From: Macrostomum hystrix
Taxonomy: Eukaryota; Animalia; Platyhelminthes
Direction: 5' to 3'
Assembly: GCA_950097015.1 (NCBI GenBank)
Contig: CATNEN010000003.1
Location: forward strand, 8,866,001 to 8,930,000
Length of the DNA: 64,000 bases
This document shows, piece by piece, positions 1 through 10,340 of the stretch (position 1 is the stretch's first letter; each line of letters begins with the position of its first letter). The notes beneath the pieces were generated by a model, which saw only the letters and a program-made list of their open reading frames with translations, searched no databases and had not been told where the DNA came from. Both the position numbers and the translations under genes were made by a program.

Positions 1-470
1 GACAGCGGAAGGGAAAGTAGAGAGCGGACGACTGAGGGGAAGGGAGAGGGTAGAGAGCGGAAGACTGGGGAAGGGAGAGGGTAGAGAGCGGAAGACTGGG
101 GGAAGGGAGAGGATAGAGAGCGGAAGACTAGGGAAGGGAGAAGATAGAGAGCGGAAGACTGGGGGGAAGGGAGAGGGTAGAGAGCGGAAGACTAGGGAAG
201 GGAGAAGATAGAGAGCGGAAGACTGGGGGGAAGGGAGAGGGTAGAGAGCGGAAGACTGGGGGAAGGGAGAGGGTAGAGAGCGGAAGACTAGGGAAGGGAG
301 AAGATAGAGAGCGGAAGACTGGGGGAAGGGCGAGAGTAGAGAGCGGCAGAGTGGGGGAAGGACAGGGTAGAGAGCGGAAGACTGGGGAAAGGAGAGTAGA
401 CAGCGGAAGACTGGGGGGAAGGAGAGAGTAGAGAGCGGAAGACTGGGGGAAGGAGAGAGTAGAGAGCGGA
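1..470. repeat. Purine-rich ~30-32-bp minisatellite (gagagcggaagactggggg(g)aagggagagggta), in an intron of the Tudor gene
   Basis: Tandem units read directly; explains the S/P/L-rich tail of ORF 288..1106. Confidence 0.9.
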
Positions 471-604
471 ATATTGGATGAATGGAGTAGAAAGTGGAAG
501 AATGGAGGAAATGGGAGAAACAGGCCGAAAAGAAAGGGAGATTGGAATTAAACAGCTGAAACGATTAGGCGCAAAACAGATCAGCAAGTTATCTTGACAC
601 ACAC

Positions 605-1064
605 CCGGCCTAGGATAAACGTTAGCTAATTTGCCAAACAATGCGCTCGACTCCAATTCGCAAAACTTCTTCAACAGTCGAGCAACCCGGTCCAACGCTA
701 AGCTAGGAATAGTCACGACTTCGCCGAAATCAATTAGATAAAATGTTAATTCGCTATTATTACATCCGTTCAACAATGTCCGATAGCCACTAATCAGTCT
801 GGCCCTGTACCATTCGTCATAGGCCAACAGAGCGTAGAGGCAGCCAACGGTGAGCTTGTTGGGACAGACCAACTGTGCGCCTAGGGGCGATGCGTAGTAA
901 TGTTTCATAGCCAGCATGAGTTGATCCAGTTTTTCGTAATCTTCTTCTAGGACAAAGTAGAAGCTATTCAAAGAATTGACGAACAGCACACGCAGGGGTA
1001 TGGCAAACTGATTCTGCGGACTGGCCAATTGCATTCTCACTCTGCTGCTAGGAGAGTCGGTCAT
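605..1064 (-). CDS. Extended Tudor-domain protein (TDRD-like), first coding exon; gene continues beyond the left edge
   Basis: Extended-Tudor pattern (V..VNSLNSFYF...L..L...M..YY...GCLYA...EWYRAR...LIDFG...L...F..L...A....L.NV.P). Acceptor tttttcag at 1077, ATG 1064, probable donor G|GTGTGT at 604. Could instead be an internal exon starting at 1076. Confidence 0.8.
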
Positions 1065-1112
1065 TTCACAAAGCAACTGAAAAAATATAAATACAATATA
1101 ATACAATACAAT

Positions 1113-1226
1113 ACACCCACCCTCAATTTATTTCTTAAAAGCCGAGTGAACTGAAGCAATGCAGAGTAAAGGGTCTTGTTGTGAAAGGACCACGACCTTC
1201 AAGTCCATTGACCACAAGACCACAAC
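1113..1226 (-). mobile_element. Internally deleted copy of SINE family B
   Basis: gtgaactgaagcaatgcagagt and cgaccttcaagtc match the copy at 12937-13261. Confidence 0.7.
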
Positions 1227-1244
1227 TCCATTGTGAAGGGAATG

Positions 1245-1850
1245 AGCAGTTTAGGGAATATGCAGTTTAGCAAATGTGCCGTTTAGCGAATGTGCAGTTT
1301 AGGGAATGTGCAGTTTAGGGAATGTGCAGTTTAGAGAATGTGTAGTTTAGGGAATGTGCAGTTTAGAGAATGTGTAGTTTAGAGAATGTGCAGTTTAGGG
1401 AATGTGCAGTTTAGAGAATGTATAGTTTAGGGAATGTGCAGTTTAGAGAATGTGCAGTTTAGAGAACGTGTAGTTTAGGGAATGTGCAGTTTAGAGATTG
1501 TGCAGTTTAGAGAATGTATAGTTTAGGGAATGTGCAGTTTAGAGAATGTATAGTTTAGGGAATGTGCAGTTTAGGGATTGTGTAGTTTAGAGAATGTGCA
1601 GTTTAGGGATTGTGTATTTTAGAGAATGTGCAGTTTAGGGAACGTATAGTTTAGAGAATGTATAGTTTAGGGAATGTGCAGTTTAGAGAATGTATAGTTT
1701 AGGGAATGTGCAGTTTAGAGAATGTTTAGTTTAGAGAATGTGCAGTTTAGGGAACGTGCAGTTAGAGAATGTATAGTTTAGGGAATGTGCAGTTAAGGGA
1801 ATGTGTAGTTTTGGGAATTCGCAGTTTAGGGAATGTGCAGTTAAGGGAGA
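1245..1850. repeat. 16-bp minisatellite (tgtgcagtttag(g/a)gaa)
   Basis: About 37 tandem units read directly. Confidence 0.95.
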
Positions 1851-1919
1851 TGAATTCATTAACCAATATGAATTCGAAATGGAGGTTTATACAAAGCAGT
1901 TTTAATTGTCCTTGTCACC

Positions 1920-2090
1920 ACTTTCTTCGACAGAATCGATGAATATCTTGACGATTCTGACATCGTACAGCTTTGAAATTTAGTTAATCACAAAATACAG
2001 AAAATGTTGATCAATATGATGGATTTTCATGGAAGTAGGCCATTTGGTTTGGGAGCTATCGTCAAGATTGCAGTGGTTATTTAAAATAGC
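1920..2090 (+). mobile_element. Dispersed repeat family C fragment (probable non-autonomous DNA element)
   Basis: catttggtttgggagctatcgt...gcagtgg.tattt.aaata aligns to the reverse complement of 13933-14020; ttcgaca(a)gaatcg.tgaa...gacgat.ctgac.tcg aligns to 39431-39556. Confidence 0.6.
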
Positions 2091-2227
2091 CACTTGGTTT
2101 TTCGACTGTTTAATAGATGTACAGGTCAAATATACACATCCTTATGGGTGTGAAGTAATCAACTATATGTAGACAATGCGTGCAAGGTCATATTATACCT
2201 ATATTGCTCGCTTAATGTAACGTGCAA

Positions 2228-2588
2228 TAATAGTAATAATAATAATAATTGCAGGAGGGCTGCGGGCAATGGTACATCATTTGGTGACGCTAGACCCGCA
2301 GCCAGGCCACCATTTCGCTGACTCCTGAGCACACACGGACACAGATACCGTACGCAGGCATACGCTCACACAGGTGTGTACATCTGCCCTGACTTTCTCA
2401 TCGTCAGGCAGTGCACATTTCACTGTGCCTGGAAGGTTGGCCCTAAAGGGCATAAATTGCACGACAAGCCCCCAAGCCTTCTCTCCGCGGCTGCGCCCCA
2501 AATGAATGTGGCCTCGCCGTGGAATCGAACTTAGGGACCGTGGTGCGAGAGGCAAACGCGATAACCGCTCTGCCACCGACCCCCCCCC
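2228..2588 (-). mobile_element. Full-length tRNA-derived SINE (family A) with 14-bp TSD
   Basis: Minus strand: A box TGGCAGAGCGG, B box GTTCGATTCC, central hairpin, 3' stem ggctgcggg...cccgcagcc, (ATT)n tail. TSD aatgtaacgtgcaa at 2214-2227 and 2589-2602. Other copies at 12652 and 48193. Confidence 0.92.
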
Positions 2589-2914
2589 AATGTAACGTGC
2601 AAACTTTTAAATGAAGAAAAACTTTTCTATTATAGCTTTGTTATTTGTTGTTCGATTATTTGACACGGACGCATTGTTTCCTAAAAATCACTTAGCCTAT
2701 CCTACTTGTACACCTGATTACTTAAAAATCAAATGTCACAGAAAGGTCACGGAAGACAAGGAAAGCAAATGATTTCCAAAGCAATCGGCACAAAAGCACA
2801 ACCATCAGCTTTTATAACAACGCGGACTCAATTTATTATCAGCTTTCAAACAATTTCACGGCACGACAAGGAACTGACAAGTCTTCAGTTGAATCGATCT
2901 AGTTAATTCAGAAA

Positions 2915-3232
2915 TCACTCCTTCGGCTCCTTCTTGCGGTGCTGGGCCTGCACAACGCGCACCATCTCTTCGCGCTTTCGCTTGGCCCGCAGGTGCGAAC
3001 CGAGGCGTCGTTTGGCGAACTTCAAAGCCCGCTTATCCTTGGAGATCTTCAGCAATTCAACAATGCGACGCTCGTAGGGCGCGTAGCCGACAATTTCGCG
3101 AATAACCGAGCGGACAAATTTGTTATTCTTAGTGATCTTGCCGCGCCTATTAGCTGGCTTCACTCGAGGTGTGTTGGCTGTCACACGGTGGCCCTTCTTG
3201 AGGCCGACACAGATTTCGTAGGCTGGGGCCAT
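2915..3232 (-). CDS. RPL36: 60S ribosomal protein L36 (eL36), single coding exon
   Basis: VGLKKGH...[48 protein letters not shown] is the eL36 signature. AATAAA on the minus strand at 2833-2838. Confidence 0.97.
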   Translation of the reverse strand: MAPAYEICVGLKKGHRVTANTPRVKPANRRGKITKNNKFVRSVIREIVGYAPYERRIVELLKISKDKRALKFAKRRLGSHLRAKRKREEMVRVVQAQHRKKEPKE

Positions 3233-3660
3233 TCTGTTCTTATAGCGAACAAATACGCTGAAAGTTAAGAATTTTTATTTTATTATCCTATTTTATTAGA
3301 CTACTTTTAAGTAGAAATAAACGCATTATAAAAAACTTCAAACTACAAAAAGGAGCTCCACAACTTTTCTTAAAATTGTACTTTTATTTTTATTATAAAT
3401 AGCATTCAATAGCACGCTTAAACAATCAAATACTAATTAAGATAATTTTCTAGATAAATGACACAACTATGAAAATGAAAATATAGCTGCAATCAATTTA
3501 ACATAACTAGTTATAGTTATTGTTTACGTATTATCTATCAATTACCAACTGAGGGACTGTTTTAAGCTTCCGACTTCTGACTAGAAAGTCCGAAGTTCGA
3601 TTTTTAGCACACAGGAAACTACTTGTGTCCAGGATATTTAATTACTAAGAGTTTCAATTA

Positions 3661-3887
3661 GGGCTTGTAGCCCAGTGATTAGGGCATCACACTCAAGCCT
3701 GGAAGGTCAGGGGTTCGATTCCTGACTCTACTGGAACAATTTGCGTCCTTAAGCAAGACACACTTAACTCTGCGTTGCTTTAGTTCAATCAGGTTTTAAT
3801 TGGTTACTAGTATTAGATGGGGTATTTGACTGTGGGTGTGGCGTCCCACCAGTCCATGGACTGAACAGCCGTACGCAGCCTTCAGAG
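3661..3887 (+). mobile_element. tRNA-derived SINE family B with a CORE-like central domain
   Basis: A box tagcccagtga, B box ggttcgattcc, then gtccttaagcaagacacacttaactctgcgttgcttt, resembling the CORE domain. 3' part cagtccatggactgaacagccgtacgcagccttcag is shared with the 13.0-kb and 48.0-kb copies. Confidence 0.85.
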
Positions 3888-3985
3888 TTTATTTTACTTT
3901 CTAAAACCAGTATGCTAAAATTGAATAAGCAAGTAAGTTCATAAATGGATAATAAAACTACATAAATTAGAATAGACAGGCATCA

Positions 3986-5324
3986 TTATCGACTACTATA
4001 ATTCTCCTCTTTAAACAGCATTTCCTCGTAGGCCGCTTCGTTCTCTTTCAGCCGAGCCTGGCGCTCATCGTGCACCTCAGCTCGAATCCGTTTCTCCCGC
4101 TCCGCCTGCAGCAGGGTCAAATTTCTACTAGAAAAGAAATTATCGGGTCGATCGCGATGCCGAAACAGCGGATTGGCGTGCCTAGGGATTGTGTACTCCT
4201 GAGTTAAGCGGACGGCTGGTCTATACAACTGGTCAATGTCGTCAACAATCTCTGGTCCGGGCGAGTGACCTTTCTCTAATTCGTTCACGGCCTTGTTGCG
4301 CTCTTCAACAGTTAGAAGAATGTTCTCCATGGACTCTTCAACCTGCGGTTAACGGCAATCAGGGATTTGTTAGACACTAGTTTACACTTCTAGTCTCATA
4401 TCGTATCTAATTTCCCGTGTCCTATCTTATCTCTCCCGTGTATTTTCTATACCGTATCTCATCGCTCCCTCGTCTCATCTTATCCGAGTCTCATCTCTCC
4501 CTTGTCTTATCCCACACTTGTCTCATTTCTCCCGAGTCTCATGTCTCCTATCTCTCCCTTGTATTATCTCAAACTTGTCTAATCTAACACTTGTAGCATC
4601 TCTCCTGTGTCTTATCTCCCGTGTGTCTCATCTCTCCCGTGTTTTATCTCTCCCGTATCTCATCTCTCATCTCTCCTTTGTATTATCTCACACTTGTATA
4701 ATTTAACACTTGTAGCATCTCTCCCGTGTCTCATCTCCCCCGTGTCTCATCTCCCCCGTGTCTTATCACACCCTTGTCTTATCACATCCTTGTCTCATCC
4801 CCCGTGTGTCTCATCTATCCCGTGTCTCATCTATCTCCTGTCTCAACTATCTCCTGTCTTATCTCCCACGTGGCTTATCCCTGGGTGTCTCATCTCTCTA
4901 TTGTCTCATTTCTCTTATCTCTCCGCGACAGGTTTTAAACCAGTTTAGTTGTCAGTACTGATCAGTGAAAATGTAAAAAAATCTGACGCACCTTCTCAAG
5001 GCGTTCAGAATTAGGAAACGCTTCGCCGCATCTGTAATACTCTTCTTCTAGGGTCATTAGAGCATTACGCTCCTTAATTAGTAGCCACCAGAGTTTGTGC
5101 AGATCGCTGGAACTTTTTAGTCGCAATTCTTCTACTCTGTAGGGCCGACCAACTAGATTAGAGGACTGTCCCCAGTCTTGACTATTGCCAAAGAATTCCA
5201 TTATAGAGAGACAGCGATGAGGTTGGCCTAGCAACTGCAACCGCAGACAATGCTGATGCTGCTGCTGACGAGCAATCGAAGTGACGGCCAAGCGACGCAA
5301 AAACAGTGCAGCTAATCGTTGCAT
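3986..5324 (-). CDS. MRPL47: Mitochondrial ribosomal protein L47 (uL29m); exons 5324-4992 and 4342-3986, 229 aa
   Basis: GRPYRVEELRLKSSSDLHKLWWLLIKERNALMT...ERLEK|VEESMENILLTVEERNKA. Phase-0 intron AG|GTGCGT...ccgcag|. R/L/A-rich presequence-like N terminus. Confidence 0.93.
4395..4925. repeat. Degenerate 16-bp minisatellite (gtgtctcatctctccc) filling the MRPL47 intron
   Basis: Same unit as in the MITE at 5663-6289 and the array at 55570-57630. Confidence 0.85.
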
Positions 5325-5388
5325 TTTGTAGACTTAACTGAAAAAAAAATTTATGCCGTTTAGGATCAACCTCTGTAGGAATAGTAAG

Positions 5389-5437
5389 TTTACACTGCCT
5401 GACAACAAAAATTCAGAGCTGATGTACACACGTGTGT
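5389..5437 (+). mobile_element. Degenerate fragment of the SINE A hairpin core
   Basis: tacactgcctgac...tcagagctgatgtacacac matches tacactgcctgac...gtcagggcagatgtacacac. Confidence 0.55.
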
Positions 5438-5662
5438 CCCAAGGTATCATGTGTGTGCCAAGGTGCCATTTTAATGTGCTGCCTTTCTGTGGATAATATA
5501 GTATATTAGCTTTGACTATAAATAATTATGGCACTAATTATAAATCAAATGAATCCAAGACTTTTTAAGATGTATGCTGGCATAGCATTAGTAGAATAAC
5601 AATAACACAATGTGCTTTAGCAGTAAACATAAAACTCTAAAGGTATGCTCTTTGGTTTAGAA

Positions 5663-6289
5663 TAGGGGTCGGCAAACTCCGGCCCGCGGGCCAGATGCGG
5701 CCCTCGAAGCTCCCAAATCCGGCCCGTTGCCCCTTCTGACATCTACAGTGTCCTGTTTCATCTCACTCGTGTCTAATCTCTCCCGTGTCTCATCTCTCCC
5801 GTGTCTCATCTCCCCAGTGTCTCATCTCTCCCGTGTCTCATCTCTCCCGTGTCTCATCTCTCCCGTGTCTAATCTCTCCCGTGTCTAATCTCTCCCGTGT
5901 CTCATCTCTCCCGTGTCTCATCTCTCCCGTGTCTTATCTCTCCCGTGTCTTATCTCTCCCGTATCTAATCTCTCCTGTTTCTCATCCTCCCGTGTCTAAT
6001 CTCTCCTGTTTCTCATCTCTCCCGTGTCTAATCTCTCCTGTTTCTCATCTCTCCCGTGTCTAATCTCTCCCCTGTCTTCTCTCTCCCGTGTCTAATCTCT
6101 CCCCTGTCTTCTCTCTCTCCCGTGTCTCATCTCTCTCGTGTATCATCTTTCTGTGTCTCATCTCTCCCGTGTTTAATCTCTTCCGTGTCTCATCTCTCCT
6201 CTATCTCATATTTATACAGTCAATGCGGCCCGCTGTCGTCTTTTAGGTTCTCTCTTTGGCCCGCCAGCAAATAAGTTTGCCTTCCCCTG
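5663..6289. mobile_element. hAT/Charlie-type MITE carrying an internal 16-bp minisatellite
   Basis: TIRs taggggtcggcaaact / agtttgccttcccctg, subterminal cggcccg motifs, perfect 8-bp TSD gtttagaa (5655-5662 and 6290-6297) resembling the Charlie NTCTAGAN target. Array at about 5750-6200. Confidence 0.92.
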
Positions 6290-7222
6290 GTTTAGAAAGA
6301 GCAACTGTATTGTTAGATATGAAAGATGTGTAAAATATGTGAGAAATTACAAGTTTGTAGATATGTTAGATATGTTAGATATGTGAATTCCCTTTGGCCA
6401 TTTGAGTATCTTGTGCAACACGCCATTTGTAAAAGTTATAAAGATTAGAACCAGTTTAGAAATCTTGTCAGTAATTGCATCCACGCTTAAAAAGGATGTT
6501 GATTACAAAGTGGACAAAAGTGGTATACAGAGTGTGAGTCACCGAATCTACAACCAGGATAAAAAACTTGCAAGTTTGTCAAATGCTTTTGGCCAAATCC
6601 TTCTAAGCCAAGCTGACAACTTGTGCTATAAGACTTATCACCTGAATGACAATTATTTATTTTTGTTTATTAATTTGACCTAGTTAACTTTAGTCTTATT
6701 TATTTTTTTGTTCGCTATTCTATAAAATTATCAAGCATATTCATTCAATTCCAATTAAAAAGGAATCAGTATTTTGGTAATCTGTTTTTTACTTTGTTTT
6801 TAAGATCTAATGAGCATTTTTTTCAAGTAATTTTTAAGACAGATATTTGCTCTTACAATTGGGGCACTTTGCACCTTTTCTTGGCCTAAAAAATTATCTG
6901 TGATTAGCTGCAAAATCTTTGTACTAATTATCTTTGTTTTATTCAATTATTTTGCACTTTTGTTTCTAAATCTACCCCTCATAGCTACTGAAGAAGCACT
7001 GGTTATTGACTGCAAATTAAATATAGGTGGCTTACTGCAATAAAAAACTGTGCCACTTTTCTATGGCCATTTCTTGTCTTTTTTAATAATATTCTCCACC
7101 TGTTTCTTGTGTAACAGGGCTTGTCTCTCTACTTTTCTCTCTTTCTTGGTAGCGTATCTTTTGGCCTCTTCTATTCTTTTATCTCCTTCTCTACTGTTCA
7201 CGTTCTCTGTATGTCTTTAACT

Positions 7223-7247
7223 CGGTGGCCCTGAAAAGGGCCGTTTT
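7223..7247 (-). promoter_or_regulatory. Histone-type 3' stem-loop (SLBP-binding motif) with no adjacent histone CDS
   Basis: Minus strand reads AAAAC GGCCCT TTTC AGGGCC ACCG, the metazoan consensus 6-bp stem/4-nt loop with typical flanks. Confidence 0.75.
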
Positions 7248-7789
7248 AACACCACAACTCTTACGTTGTGGTATTCTCCTAGGTAGCGCTTCTGCACTGG
7301 CACGAGCGGTTTATCCCTCTAAGGCACTGATCTCTTATTCTCCAGTCTCTGCTGGGCGTTTCTCCAGGATCAGAGGGTCACAACCTCAATCCTCGGTTTC
7401 GCACTAAATGTGTTTCCTCAATAACTAACACAACACGTTTTGCTTTATTCAAATAGATCTTTTTACTCAGATATTGCCTTTCTTGGCTCACTGGCGGGTT
7501 TTATTTTAGCCACAAATTTCTTTCACTTATATAGTGTTCATTTTAAGATTTGTTTTAATACCGTATTTTACTAGAATATAAAAAATATTTATGCATATAA
7601 TATGTATTCATATATATAAGATATGAATCACGTAGAAAATATGTTAAAAATATACCGTATAGTGCAAAAATAATATTGGACTGCTACACTTGTTGCCATT
7701 TACTATAGTGTTTAGAAACCAGATCATGACATTTCATAATTTAAGTGATTTGGTTGATCAAATCAATGATACATGATACAGGTTTTAAT

Positions 7790-7870
7790 GCATTTATTTA
7801 TTATTGATGCCCCTGCCAGAGCATGTTTCATGTATTTCTGGACATCATCTAAAAATGGGCTGATCTGAAG
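7790..7870 (+). pseudogene. Possible EnSpm/CACTA (CMC) transposase remnant
   Basis: IIDAPARAC followed, after frameshifts, by CISGH and SKNG, resembling the DAPARA...GH....GC motif. Short and disrupted. Confidence 0.45.
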
Positions 7871-9473
7871 GTCACATTCATATTAAAGGTCACATAGGTT
7901 TTTTCAACACGTGCTAGAACTCTTAGGTTGAGTTGAGTTGTACTCTTAGGTTAATGAAGACACTAAATAGCTGCATCCACTTTTATTGCTATAATGCCAT
8001 TGCCTTCAGCCACTATTTATTGATTTATTGATGAACAGCACTGTTTTTAGGTGTTGTTCATTAATTGTGCCCTTATTTTTCTTGCACTAATGGACTTTAT
8101 TTGTCATATCAAGTGAAGCTTATTGAGCTAAGGCCTCCGATTATTTTAGTTTCTTTGAAATGTTCCCGCGAATTTAGTATGTTTGTTTTAATGCACCGTT
8201 TGTTTGACTAATTTTGTTAAAATGCACCAAATTTGTTTTTATGCACTGAATGCACCAAAATATAAAAGTTATAATGAAGTGAAGAAAGGAGTGAAAAATA
8301 CTATAAATACATGAGCAAAATAAAGAGAAACCTAACTTGGACAACCTCGGTTGAGAAGGAGTTCAAAGTAAAGAAAGCTTGAATCTTGAAGAGTTCATGT
8401 TAAAGTTATTTGAGAAAGAGACATTGCGAAAGAGAAGTAAATAGAGTGAAGAAAAGCTGTAAATCTAGATCCATTGGTAAAGCCCATGGATGGACTGAAG
8501 ATTGAATTGAAGATTGAACTGAATTGAATTAAAGATGGACTAAAGATGGATAAAGAGTGATAAAAGACTGATAAAGACTGATAAAGACGGATAAAGATTG
8601 ATACAAAGTACTTATAGGAATAAAACAGTAAAATAGAAGTCGGCCATATTATAGGGTAATGTATCATCAGCTGAACAGTGTATCTTCAAAACCAAACAAG
8701 AATTTTGTCACCTTTTTTGGTCTTGTGTGAGACAGAAACAAGCTATTGTGTTTCACAGAACAACTAATTTGAAAGTCAAAGAAATTATTTACAAGCTGAG
8801 GCATGACATGCAATAAAGCATTAAGAGGAAAGAAAGATATTGATGTTTCAGTAAAATTTTTTATCTCAAAAGCTTAATTTTTAACATTTTTTCAGTATGT
8901 ACTTTAGACTAAGAAAATTGTATATGGTTGCTTTCCAATTAAATGACCATAAATGTAGTTATTTATAGAGCATGAAAAATGCTATCAAATGACATAATTC
9001 ATGATAGTTCACTCCTTAAAATAAGATTAAACCACTCACTCAAAGTGTAAAACCGAACATCAAATTCTCTGTTTGGTTTGAAGATACATGAAAATCATTG
9101 TTCGGTTTTAGATGAAAAACACAAATAAATTTTTTTCTATTTGACAAAAAAGCAAAAGCAGATACTTTTTAGAAAGATATAACTGTTTTCTATAACTTGG
9201 CTTTGATTTATCATATCTTAAATAGAAAATCTGTAGCTTAGGTTTGAAGTTGAAAAATACACATTCTTGTTTGGTTGATGATGCAATTACCCTAATGCTA
9301 CCAGATTAGATACATAAACACTACCAATCTGATATAAGAAAGTGCATAAAGCAAATAAATTAAAGGCATTCATAAGATTGATATAAAGATAGTATTTGAA
9401 TCAAGTGTAAGCCCTAGGACAACTTTGGTAACAGCAGTAGGCCCCTAGGATTAAATTAGCCCTACAACAACTT

Positions 9474-10340
9474 TGGTGGCAGTGGTAAAGGATCTAGAAA
9501 CAGCGCAAGATGAATCAAGCATAAGATGTGATTGCTATGTTGGCAGAAGAGTTGAGAAATTGACTTAAGATTGGACCTATGAGTGAAATGTGAAAATTCA
9601 AAAGTTTACACTTGGACAAGATCTGAATCTGGCTTACCGCCTTTGATTGACACTGTGAAGCAGAAGGTATTGAGGAAGACCATAGAAAGCAAGAATAATT
9701 GGCCAACTTAGACCTAACCACAGCCTTTGCCACAGTGCAACAATTGAACCTTCCAGATGATTTGGAATATGAAGAGTTCGAATAGCCTAGGCCCTAGGCC
9801 CTACAGATTAATTGAATGGTTCAGATGAATTGGCAGCTCCGCCGAATTCCGTGAAGAATTCAGAGGACGAATGCAGAGTCAGAATGAGTCAGTCGAAGTC
9901 TTCTCTGATTGTCTAATTGAGCTAGCCGCCAGAGCTTTTCCAAACATGAATATGGAACAGAAAGAAGAAGAGATTGTGGAACGGTTTAGGCCCTATTAAA
10001 GGAGTAAGAATATCCGCTGAAACGCGAGAGAAATTGATCTTTGCTCAGCCTACTAACCTACAGGAGGCTAGACGAATGTTAAGACGGATGAAATCTGCAT
10101 GGAATATGACTCACCGGAACATCGGCATGAGAATGGCCAAAGGCGATGAAGAACTCGAGCGAAGACGAAGTGAGCAAGAGCGACTGGAGGAAGTCATCAG
10201 ACAGCAGCAAGCTCAACTCGAATTGCAAAAGAAGACACTACAAGAACTGATGGCCAACAAACAGCAACAACAGGCTTATGCTCAGGCCGCAGAATTGTAC
10301 CGACCTAATGGTCAGCAACATCAGTCAGTAAGTATCTGTC
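9474..10340 (+). mobile_element. Decayed Ty3/gypsy LTR-retrotransposon: PBS plus gag remnant
   Basis: PBS-like tggtggcagtggt (tRNA-Leu type) at 9474 after an ...ACA LTR-like end. Reconstructed gag WLTAFD*HCEAEG...YEEFEYRLIEWFR...QSQNESVEVFSDCLIELAARAFP...ERFIKGV...REKL...PTNLQEA, with stops and frameshifts. Confidence 0.8.

Noticed and set aside
1245-1850. Interstitial telomeric repeats (TTTAGGG); also TG1-3-like GTGTGGG at 43912-44980
   Set aside because: The motifs are embedded in longer units and often mutated; there are no contiguous telomeric tracts.
2388-2410. Canonical hammerhead ribozyme in SINE A (CUGACGA...GAAA...UC)
   Set aside because: Only 3 nt lie between CUGACGA and GAAA, there is no helix II or III, and helix I is out of register; a plain hairpin explains it.
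2939-3268. Plus-strand ORF over RPL36 (likewise 39779-40142 and 48681-48965)
   Set aside because: Antisense shadows of real coding exons.
3661-3730. tRNA gene
   Set aside because: A and B boxes are present, but there is no acceptor stem or terminator; it continues into a SINE body.
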